A stretch of 64,000 nucleotides of DNA from Candidatus Zhuqueibacterota bacterium (GTDB lineage: Bacteria; Zhuqueibacterota; Zhuqueibacteria; Thermofontimicrobiales; Thermofontimicrobiaceae), in contig JBMOPW010000004.1 of assembly GCA_049322915.1 (NCBI GenBank), positions 64,001-128,000 on the forward strand, in the 5' to 3' direction. Shown here one piece after another: positions 52,380 through 60,634 of the stretch; the first letter of the stretch is position 1, and each line of letters starts with the position of its first letter. The translations under genes and the position numbers were made by a program. A model generated the notes under the pieces. That model ran no database searches and was not told the DNA's origin. It worked only from the letters and a program-made list of their open reading frames with translations.

Positions 52380-53099
52380 ATGAAACGATATAGCTTTATT
52401 TTAACGGCGGGAATCGCGCTCAGTCTGTTTTCCGCTTCGCTCCTTTTTTCCCAAAATCGGACAGAGACAAAGTTGAAGCAAGAGGAACGTGCCCTCGAAC
52501 AGGCGCAGATGGAGTTAGAATCCCTCGCCATGCCGGAAATTGAGGTGGATTTGAGCGGGCTTGAGGCATCCATGCGGGAGTTAGAGTTTTCGTTGCAGCA
52601 GTTGGAATCCCTTCAATTGCAGGAATTCGATTTCGATCTGCCGGCCATCCCTGAGATCGCGGTGGATATCCCGCCTCTGCCAGAAATAGATGTGCATATC
52701 CCCTGGATAGATTTCGTGATGCCTGAGATCGACATTCCGGAAATTGCATTTGATGGGCGCATCTTCGAGCGCGAGGCATGGTCTCATTGGGGCGACAGCA
52801 GTCTGAGCGAAGATGAGCAGTTAAAAATTTCCGCCCTTCGGGCGATGAAGCGAAAACAGTCGAATGAAGTGATCCCGGCCGTGGAGAAAATTCTCCGAAA
52901 CGAGGAGAGCGCGCCCTTGCGGTTCGAGGCAGTCAATTTGCTGAGATACCACCTGGATGACGCGCGTTCCATCGAACTGTTGGGCCAGGCGGCGAAATCC
53001 GATGTGAATATTGATGTCCGCAAACGGGCTGTGAATATTCTGGGCCGCAGCGCCGATGCCCGGGCCGTGACGATTCTCGAGGAAATCGCCAACCGATGA
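52380..53099 (+). CDS. Exported protein with PEI-type short repeats and C-terminal HEAT repeats
   Basis: GGAGG RBS; signal peptide; (M/I/L)PEI repeats; DVRKRAVNILGRS. Confidence 0.8.
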   Translation: MKRYSFILTAGIALSLFSASLLFSQNRTETKLKQEERALEQAQMELESLAMPEIEVDLSGLEASMRELEFSLQQLESLQLQEFDFDLPAIPEIAVDIPPLPEIDVHIPWIDFVMPEIDIPEIAFDGRIFEREAWSHWGDSSLSEDEQLKISALRAMKRKQSNEVIPAVEKILRNEESAPLRFEAVNLLRYHLDDARSIELLGQAAKSDVNIDVRKRAVNILGRSADARAVTILEEIANR

Positions 53100-53466
53100 C
53101 CCGCTAAAAACAGGATTGAACAAAATCTTTGCCGATCTACCTGGTATCTGTTTAACTGCATGAACGCGTTCGATATGTATCCAGCGCCGGTTCAGGAAGA
53201 ATATCCCGAACGATCCGTAGTGCAAATGAAGAAACCGGTGTTGCTATTTCAAGTCGTGATGGTATCTACTCAGGTGACCATGCTGAAGCATGGCGCTGGT
53301 TTAAAATTGTACCGACACCACGATTTATCGTAGTGTTCAAAAATCAATGAGCCAAGTTCGCGGCAAGGATACACGCCTGAATAGCGACGAAAATTCTCTT
53401 TAACCCGGGACCATGAACCTTGAAATCTGGAACCTGAGCAGTTACCCATGATTTTAAAAATAATGC

Positions 53467-53494
53467 TTGACATCTCAAAAATTTGTGGTATATT
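53467..53494 (+). promoter_or_regulatory. Sigma-70 promoter of the aro leader
   Basis: TTGACA-N16-TATATT with extended -10 TG. Confidence 0.7.
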
Positions 53495-53531
53495 AACCCA
53501 TCGAAAATTCAATCTGGAGATAATGGTTATC

Positions 53532-53609
53532 ATGAACGACCAGTTTGGACATCATTGGACTCATCGATTTTATTACTTTATTTTCCGCTCCAGAGCAGTG
53601 GGAGGTTGA
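53532..53609 (+). CDS. Attenuator leader peptide MNDQFGHHWTHRFYYFIFRSRAVGG
   Basis: GGAGA RBS; 7 of 25 codons aromatic (4 Phe, 2 Tyr, 1 Trp); lies between the promoter and terminator; alternative in-frame ATG at 53523. Confidence 0.8.
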   Translation: MNDQFGHHWTHRFYYFIFRSRAVGG

Positions 53610-53637
53610 CAATTATTTCATATACAGTATGAATGTT

Positions 53638-53672
53638 AACCCGCTGCGAGTCGAAAACAGCGGGTTTTTTTT
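53638..53672 (+). terminator. Attenuator terminator
   Basis: AACCCGCTG-loop-CAGCGGG followed by T8; 5' arm can instead pair with 53596-53611. Confidence 0.85.
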
Positions 53673-54072
53673 ATCTGAAAAATATGCTATCAGTGCTCGC
53701 CGGCCAGGTGAAGAAATTTATTTTCTCATTTCAGGAATGACGAGTGTATTGTATGAATTAAATTATCAAAATGATATAGAATCCGAAAGTTGCCAGAGCG
53801 GTTTCTGAAGACGTGGCAGGCGCAGAGCGAAGCCATGTCAACGTTTATGAATTGCTCCGATATTTATGGCAGAGAGTTTGCGGAATTTCAAATCGTCAGT
53901 CGTTTGCTAAAAATTCTTAATGGTCTTTCTTACTCGTCGTTTTCGCTCAGACCGAATGAGTGACATCCCCTGGCGAGTCGTGGCTGATTTTCAGCAATGA
54001 GAAGGAACAGCCCCGGACGATGCAACATACGGGTTAAGCTGATACAAGACTAAATTTGAAAGGGAAGCGCTC

Positions 54073-54360
54073 ATGACACTGGAGAAACTACGTCAGGAAA
54101 TTGACAGTCTTGATGAGTCGCTCGTCAGACTGTTGAATGAGCGGGCGAAAGTCTGCCAGAAAATTGGGACATTGAAGCGCGAATTGAATGTTCCCATACT
54201 CCATTCAGCGCGGGAGGCGGAAGTGATTGCCCGGGTGACGGTAAAGAATACCGGGCCGTTGACAGACGAAACTGTTGAAGCGATTTATAAACTTATTATA
54301 ACCTCATGTCGAACTTTACAAGAGAAGGAAATAGAACATGCTAATCGTAATGAAAGATAA
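54073..54360 (+). CDS. Chorismate mutase (AroQ type)
   Basis: LRQEIDSLDESLVRLLNERA..IGTLK..REAEV. Confidence 0.92.
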   Translation: MTLEKLRQEIDSLDESLVRLLNERAKVCQKIGTLKRELNVPILHSAREAEVIARVTVKNTGPLTDETVEAIYKLIITSCRTLQEKEIEHANRNER

Positions 54361-55351
54361 CGCTACTGCCGAACAGATCGAGGCGGTGAAAGAGAGATTG
54401 GAGTCGTACAAACTACAGATTCATCAGGTCAATGGTGCGATCCGAACCATTCTGGCTGCGCTGGGCGACTCGGTCAACGTGGATTTCAGTTTTTTCGAAA
54501 ATATGGATGGTGTGCTCAATGTGGTCCGAATTATGGAGCCATATAAGTTGTGCAGCCGCACGTTCCAGGCTGAAAACTCGGTCATTAAATTCAATGGGAT
54601 CGAGCTTGGTGGCGATCGGATTGTCGTGATGGCCGGCCCCTGCGCTGTGGAGAGTGAAGAGCAAATGCGCAAGATTGCCAAGGCGGTTTCCCAGGCCGGC
54701 GCCACGGTGTTACGGGGCGGCGTTTTCAAACCGCGAACATCGCCGTATGCATTTCAGGGCATGGGACTTGAAGGCCTGAAAATGATGCGCGCGGTGGCGG
54801 ACGAGTTCCACCTGCCGATCGTCACCGAAATTCTCGAGGTCAGCCAATTGGATGAGATTTATGAGTATGTCGATATTTTCCAGGTTGGCGCGCGCAATAT
54901 GCAGAATTTCTCGTTGCTCCGGGCTTTGAGCAAAACCAATAAACCGGTGCTGCTCAAGCGGGGCATGTCGGCGACGATCCAGGAGTTTTTGATGGCGGCC
55001 GAATATATCATGTCCGGCGGGAATTACAACGTGATCTTATGCGAACGCGGCATTCGGACATTCGAGCAAATCACGCGAAACACTATGGATATTTCCGCCA
55101 TCCCGGTTGTGAAAAAAATGAGCCATTTGCCGATCATCGGCGACCCCAGCCACGGGACCGGCAAGCGGGATCATGTGGCGCCCATGGCGCGCGCGGCGGT
55201 TGCTGCCGGCGCGGATGGTTTGATCATCGAAGTCCATCACGATCCGGATCACGCGATGTCCGACGGCCCGCAATCGCTTTTGCCGGATCAATTCCAGCGA
55301 TTGATGGAAGAATTGAAAGTCATCGCCTGGGCTATTGGCCGCACTGTATAA
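54338..55351 (+). CDS. aroF: DAHP synthase type I-beta with N-terminal regulatory domain
   Basis: AGPCAVE, KPRTSPYAFQG, GARNMQN, LKRG, CERGIRTF and DPSHGTG. Confidence 0.95.
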   Translation: MLIVMKDNATAEQIEAVKERLESYKLQIHQVNGAIRTILAALGDSVNVDFSFFENMDGVLNVVRIMEPYKLCSRTFQAENSVIKFNGIELGGDRIVVMAGPCAVESEEQMRKIAKAVSQAGATVLRGGVFKPRTSPYAFQGMGLEGLKMMRAVADEFHLPIVTEILEVSQLDEIYEYVDIFQVGARNMQNFSLLRALSKTNKPVLLKRGMSATIQEFLMAAEYIMSGGNYNVILCERGIRTFEQITRNTMDISAIPVVKKMSHLPIIGDPSHGTGKRDHVAPMARAAVAAGADGLIIEVHHDPDHAMSDGPQSLLPDQFQRLMEELKVIAWAIGRTV

Positions 55352-55379
55352 AATTGTCGAATCCGACTCGCGCTAATTC

Positions 55380-57479
55380 TTACTGAATGAAGATCATCCC
55401 GGTCGTTGCCGGGATTGAAATTTCGCCGGTCACATTCTCTTGCAGAATCTCTGTGCCGGCGATATCTCCATTCACAATCACCGACCATGTCCCTTTGGGG
55501 AGCGTGAACAGCGCCGGTTCCTTTGAATGCCCATTCATCAGCACCAGCACGTTGTGACTATCCCCGGCGCCCGCTTTCCTGATCCAAAATCCCAACCCAA
55601 ATTCGTTTTTACACTTCAAAAAATGGATGTCGCGAATGTCCGAGTTCCGAAAAGCCGGATGCGCTTTTCGCACCCGAATCAGTCCGCGGTAATAATCGTA
55701 TAGCTCCTGATTCAGGGCTTTGTGGGCGTAGTTGATCCAGTTGGTTTCATTATCTTTATTGTAGCTATTGTGATCGATTTTGTACTGGTTGGTATCAGGC
55801 CGGGCAGTCGGCGCGATCACTTTGCTGCGGGCAAATTCCTGTCCCTGATGAATCATCACGCCGCCCTGGGAAACGAACAGAAACAGCGCGCCCAGTTTGC
55901 TTATTTTCATCTGCTGCTCGGTGAGACGGATATGCTCGGTCAGATTGATGATCCGCTGATTCGGCTTCACCGCACGGACGCCAATTCGCACAAAATCCCC
56001 GAAGGTATGGTCGTCGTGGGATTCCAGATAATTAATTGAATGGTCCGGCTTCTGGAAAAGCCCGCCCTGACTTACGACTGAACCGCCAACATAGCCGGCA
56101 AGCGCGCCGGTATTGTTCTCTTTTTCCCAATGGCCAAAGATGAATCCGGTATTGTTATGGGGATTCTGGCCCTTGACGCCATTGCGAAACTTGTCATTCC
56201 AGGCGGCCCAGCCTAACCGGGAGAAAGCCGCCGGCGCGTAGCCATCACCCCAGGGCTCGGCAATGATGTAGGCGTTGGGATTGATGCTTCGGGCGCGTTC
56301 GAGTATCTGTTTGCATGTCTCTTCATCGATGAGATACGCCAGGTCAAACCGAAACCCATCGATATGGTATTCCGTCATCCAATGGGTGATGCTGTCCAGA
56401 ATCAGTCGCCGGGCCATGGGCCGTTCTGTTTTGAAGTCATTGCCGCAGCCGCTCTTGCTTAAAAATTCCCGCTTCGAATTGAGCCGGAAATAATATTTCT
56501 TATCGATGTACTTGAAGGGACTGAGATCATACTGGGACACGTGGTTGTACACCACATCCATGATGACAGCGATTCCCTGGCGATGCAGCGCCTTCACCAT
56601 GTCTTTGAATTCGCGAACCTGCCGACCGTCCGCGCCGTTGTACTCCCCCGGTTTCATGGCGCCGTTCGACGCGTAATAGGACTCCGGCGCGAAAAAATAA
56701 GAGGTCATGTATCCCCAGTGATTGCGCTCGTACGGATTCCACGTGTTGAACACCGGCGCGGATTTATCTTTGTACGGCACTTCGATATTGCCAAAATCCT
56801 GGCAGGGCAGCAATTCAACAGCGTTCACGCCCAGATCCAGCAGATAGTCAATGCCGCCGGATTTGCCCGGCTCGATCAATCCGGGATAGGTTCCGGGACT
56901 CTCTGCTTCGGCGCTGGCGTGAATCGTCATATCGCGTACATGCATTTCGTAGATGACCAGATCCCGAATCGGGGTTTGAATCCAGGTGTCATCTTCCCAG
57001 TCATACTCAGAATTGATGATGAGCGATTTTGCCGGATGGAGATAGGAGTTTCGCGTCACCACCGCTCTGGAATAGGGATCCGCGACAATTTTCGAGGCAT
57101 CAAACATGGTGGCTCTCGTCGCCGGCCCATCGATGCGGTAGCCATAGTACAGGCCATATCGCTCCCCGTCCAGTTGATATTCCCAGACGTTGTCACTGTC
57201 CTTTTTCATCGGAAATTCCTGGCCGGCGCTGTCCTGGTGGCTGGCGAACGTGACCAGCGTGACAGCAGTTGCAGTGGGGGCGAACAAGCGGAATATCGTG
57301 TTTCCCGATTCGATGGTGGCGCCTAACGACCTGGAGGAATAACAGCGATCGAGAGAAGGATAGTAGTCTTTGTAGCGCGATTGAGCCATGAGAGTCTCCT
57401 TTGAAAAAATCGGCTCCGAAAGAATAGTCATCAGCAGAAGAAAGAGGGAGATAATATTAAAAATTGAAATTCGGTTCAT
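55380..57479 (-). CDS. GH13 debranching enzyme (type I pullulanase/isoamylase-like) with CBM48-like N-terminus
   Basis: IYEMHVRD, WGYM, DVVYNH, DGFRFD (nucleophile), AEPW and SHDD. Confidence 0.88.
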   Translation of the reverse strand: MNRISIFNIISLFLLLMTILSEPIFSKETLMAQSRYKDYYPSLDRCYSSRSLGATIESGNTIFRLFAPTATAVTLVTFASHQDSAGQEFPMKKDSDNVWEYQLDGERYGLYYGYRIDGPATRATMFDASKIVADPYSRAVVTRNSYLHPAKSLIINSEYDWEDDTWIQTPIRDLVIYEMHVRDMTIHASAEAESPGTYPGLIEPGKSGGIDYLLDLGVNAVELLPCQDFGNIEVPYKDKSAPVFNTWNPYERNHWGYMTSYFFAPESYYASNGAMKPGEYNGADGRQVREFKDMVKALHRQGIAVIMDVVYNHVSQYDLSPFKYIDKKYYFRLNSKREFLSKSGCGNDFKTERPMARRLILDSITHWMTEYHIDGFRFDLAYLIDEETCKQILERARSINPNAYIIAEPWGDGYAPAAFSRLGWAAWNDKFRNGVKGQNPHNNTGFIFGHWEKENNTGALAGYVGGSVVSQGGLFQKPDHSINYLESHDDHTFGDFVRIGVRAVKPNQRIINLTEHIRLTEQQMKISKLGALFLFVSQGGVMIHQGQEFARSKVIAPTARPDTNQYKIDHNSYNKDNETNWINYAHKALNQELYDYYRGLIRVRKAHPAFRNSDIRDIHFLKCKNEFGLGFWIRKAGAGDSHNVLVLMNGHSKEPALFTLPKGTWSVIVNGDIAGTEILQENVTGEISIPATTGMIFIQ

Positions 57480-57569
57480 CGGATTTTTCTCCCATTTTTT
57501 GAAAACTCTGTTAGTTTAATTGCGCCAATAATTTGGCTTGAATTCAAAATCAATTCACTTCCAAATAAT

Positions 57570-58256
57570 TCATTGAATATTATCCGTTTCAGGGAAAATC
57601 AATTCGTCCGATTGAATAATATTGATTCCACCGGCCTTAAATTTTTCGAGCATTTTGTTCTTTTTGGAGTCTGTTTCCGAAATGATCGCATCTGCAATCA
57701 GGCTCACTTTGTAGTTTCGATTTTTTGCAGCGAAGACGGTTTTGTTCAAACAATAGGCAGCGTCCAGGCCGATGGCGAAAATTTCATCGACACGATTCTT
57801 GGTGAGAAATTCATCCAGCGCAGGATTGCTGAACGCGTCCATTTTGTGTTTGGAAAAAGTATTATCCGAAATGATTTTCACGCGGGAATCGATTTTCGCT
57901 CCTTCGCTTCCCTCAGCCATAACATTTTTTGTGGCGAAGTTGAGCAGCCAGTTTGTGTTTTCGTGATAAATATACACCACCGGCATGGAGGAGGAATCAG
58001 TCCAATCAATAACCTCATTCACTTTATTGATGAATACCTCCGCCTGTTGCAGGTAGCCCTCGGTAATGGATTTTGTCCCGGTGGTTCCCTCCTGAATATC
58101 AATGACGAGAAGGGCAGAAACAGGATTTTCGTATTGAGCAATGGGCTGGCCTTTGGAAATTGTTGAGGAACTCATGAACAAATAGGTAACGTATATAGCA
58201 AGCAACGCGATTAGAATTCCCAGAGAGATGAGAGTTTTTACAATTATTCGTTTCAT
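57570..58256 (-). CDS. Isochorismatase-family cysteine hydrolase with N-terminal membrane anchor
   Basis: LLVIDIQ, FSK..MDAFS and GLDAAYCL supply a D-K-C triad. Confidence 0.85.
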   Translation of the reverse strand: MKRIIVKTLISLGILIALLAIYVTYLFMSSSTISKGQPIAQYENPVSALLVIDIQEGTTGTKSITEGYLQQAEVFINKVNEVIDWTDSSSMPVVYIYHENTNWLLNFATKNVMAEGSEGAKIDSRVKIISDNTFSKHKMDAFSNPALDEFLTKNRVDEIFAIGLDAAYCLNKTVFAAKNRNYKVSLIADAIISETDSKKNKMLEKFKAGGINIIQSDELIFPETDNIQ

Positions 58257-58337
58257 TGGACAACTCCTAATTTAAAGCTGGTAAACAGATTTTGTAATAC
58301 TAGTACTTTTAATTTTTATGGCTAAATAGGTATTCTT

Positions 58338-58454
58338 AACACAAAGTCCGCGAAGAGAGCGCAAAGTTCACTCAGAATTGTTGTTTAAAAATTTCAGTTT
58401 TCCTTAAACGATTTTTCTTTGTGCACTTCATGCAAACGTAGAGCACTTTGTGTT
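58338..58454. repeat. Degenerate palindromic (REP-like) element
   Basis: Perfect 10-bp ends AACACAAAGT/ACTTTGTGTT; inner arms AAGTTCACTCAGAA / TTCTTTGTGCACTT. Confidence 0.6.
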
Positions 58455-58474
58455 CAATCATTCCGTTGCAAAAG

Positions 58475-59503
58475 TTAGACATCAGTTTCACAGCCAATCC
58501 GCTTATAGATATTTTCCAGTTCACGCTCCGCTTCCTGCACGATTTCATCGAGCATTTCTTTCATCGGCTGAATTTTATCGACGAGACCGACACTCTGTCC
58601 GGCCATTAATGAGCCGAAATCGACGTCGCCCTTTTGGACAGCGTTGCGAAGCGCGCCCACCCAATAATTTTCCACAGTGTACTGGGCGTCTTTCTTGGTA
58701 ATTTCGCCGGCGCGATGTTTTTGAATGAGTTCCATCTGCAGATCAGCAAAATCGCTCATGCCTTTGTTTCGGATGGCGCGAACAGCCACGACGTTCAGTT
58801 CAGAACCAACCGCCGGCGTGGCAATGGCGTCGCGCGCTTTGGCTTTGATGAACGCTTCCTTGAATTTGGGGTGCACGTTGCATTCTTCAGTCATCACAAA
58901 CCGCGTGCCCATTTGAATGCCGGCGGCGCCCATGAGCAGAAGATGCGCCATCAATCGCCCGGTGGCAATTCCCCCTGCGACAAAAATCGGGATGTTATCG
59001 ACCGCAAAGAGAACCTGCTGCAGCAGAATTATCAGCGACACATGGCCGATATGCCCGCCGGCTTCGCTGCCCTCCAGCATCAGCGCATCCACGCCGGAGT
59101 CGATCATGCGGCTGGCAATGGATTCATTGGAAGCGAACGCCATCACTCTGGCGCCGCTCTCTTTGGCGATTTTTATTTCTGAGCCGCGCGGAAAACTGCC
59201 GGCAAAAATAATGAACGGCACCTGCTTCTCTGCTGCAATGCGGAGATGCTCCCTGTAGTTGGGGGCAATGGTGATCAGGTTCACTGCGAACGGCTTGTCC
59301 GTCAATTCCCTGATCCTGTCGATTTCGCCGGAAAACATGTCCGGCGGTAAATTCCCGCCGGCTATACAGCCGAACGCGCCGTGATTGCATACGGTGGCGA
59401 CTAATTTATGATCGGAAATCCAGGTCATGGCCCCGGCCATGATGGGATATTCCACACCTAAAAATTCTTTTCCTCGTGTCCATAATTTCGAAAGACGATT
59501 CAT
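58475..59503 (-). CDS. FabK-like enoyl-ACP reductase / nitronate monooxygenase family flavoprotein
   Basis: YPIMAGAM, EGSEAGGHIG, AGGI, MGTRF and MAGQSVGLV; start at MNRLS after GGAGG. Confidence 0.88.
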   Translation of the reverse strand: MNRLSKLWTRGKEFLGVEYPIMAGAMTWISDHKLVATVCNHGAFGCIAGGNLPPDMFSGEIDRIRELTDKPFAVNLITIAPNYREHLRIAAEKQVPFIIFAGSFPRGSEIKIAKESGARVMAFASNESIASRMIDSGVDALMLEGSEAGGHIGHVSLIILLQQVLFAVDNIPIFVAGGIATGRLMAHLLLMGAAGIQMGTRFVMTEECNVHPKFKEAFIKAKARDAIATPAVGSELNVVAVRAIRNKGMSDFADLQMELIQKHRAGEITKKDAQYTVENYWVGALRNAVQKGDVDFGSLMAGQSVGLVDKIQPMKEMLDEIVQEAERELENIYKRIGCETDV

Positions 59504-59586
59504 CAAAAACCTCCGGTAAAGTAATAAATAAAAAAGGTTATCCTGTGTGATTCGCTGGATAACCCGAAGCGGCAAAAAATTGGGAT

Positions 59587-59615
59587 AGTATACAATTTAA
59601 ATTTGATAATGTCAA
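59587..59615 (-). promoter_or_regulatory. Sigma-70 promoter of the FabK-like gene
   Basis: TTGACA-N17-TATACT. Confidence 0.7.
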
Positions 59616-59866
59616 GAAAATTTTGGGAGGTCGAATTATAAATCCGTGACTGTTCAGGCATTTGTAGTGTGCAAATACCGCCAACCGATCGTTCGCGGTA
59701 AGCTTGCTCGGGGACATACGTCCCAGCCATCGCCCGCGCTCGGCCTGTGCATCCAATGCGACTTTCGATTTCATCCAGGTGGTATAGATATCGTTCCTGT
59801 CAAAAGAGGCGGAATCAAAAATGATAAGAAAAATTAAATCGCACCGATAATATTTTCTTCACGTCT

Positions 59867-60622
59867 TCAGCCAATCAATTTTAACACGGCCCGGATGAAT
59901 GTCAGGGGATGCGGCGGGCAGCCGGGAATGTATAAATCAACATGAAAATGATTGAGAAAGTCGCGGTTCAATTCGGGAGATTCAGAAAAAATACCGGCGC
60001 TGATGGCGCAGGCGCCAACGGCGATCACGATGCGTGGTTCATTCACGCTATGATAGGCATCTATTAAAGCCGGCGCCATGTTTTTTGTTATCGGACCTGT
60101 GATAACGATTCCGTCGGAATGACGGGGTGACGCTACAAAATTAATTCCAAATCGTCTCATATCAAAGTTCACATTTCCGGCAGCAGTCAGTTCCATTTCA
60201 CAGCCGTTGCATCCGCCGGCCGATACCTGACGGAGTTTAAGGGAACGACCGAATAATCTCTTGATTTCTTCATGAGTCGTAATTGCTGCTTCTTCATAAA
60301 ATTCAGCCGTCATACCAGAGACGATTGATAAAGCATCACGGTTCGCGGCGCCCAACAAATGATTGTGAGTGAATTGAATGGCGTTAGCAGAACATACCCG
60401 TTGGCATTCACCGCAGAAAATGCATTTGCCCAGATCAAGTTGCAAGGGATGCAATGTAATCGCCCCGGTGGGACAGGCCTCCACACATACCTGACAATTT
60501 TTCTGACATTTTCGCTCATTAAGCAATGGGAATCCCCGAAAAATTTCCGGCAATTGGGCTTGCCGTATATCAGGGATGGCTTGATACCCGTGTTGTTTTC
60601 TCAATTTGAGTAATTCGAACAT
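59867..60622 (-). CDS. Ehr / hydrogenase-4-like small subunit (2x[4Fe-4S] ferredoxin fused to NuoB-like domain)
   Basis: CQKNCQVCVEACP, CIFCGECQRVC, GCNGCE, GACA and PGCPP. Confidence 0.9.
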   Translation of the reverse strand: MFELLKLRKQHGYQAIPDIRQAQLPEIFRGFPLLNERKCQKNCQVCVEACPTGAITLHPLQLDLGKCIFCGECQRVCSANAIQFTHNHLLGAANRDALSIVSGMTAEFYEEAAITTHEEIKRLFGRSLKLRQVSAGGCNGCEMELTAAGNVNFDMRRFGINFVASPRHSDGIVITGPITKNMAPALIDAYHSVNEPRIVIAVGACAISAGIFSESPELNRDFLNHFHVDLYIPGCPPHPLTFIRAVLKLIG

Positions 60623-60634
60623 GACGCATTCCTT

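Noticed and set aside
53100..53460. Possible gene remnant after the HEAT cluster
   Set aside because: The frames I translated gave no recognisable protein, so a pseudogene call is not supportable without a search.
53545..53808. 87-aa track ORF across the aro leader
   Set aside because: It runs through the terminator; the 25-aa aromatic-rich frame explains the region better.
59503..59837. Short ORFs between the FabK-like gene and the Ehr operon
   Set aside because: They overlap a clear promoter, lack an RBS and resemble nothing I recognise.
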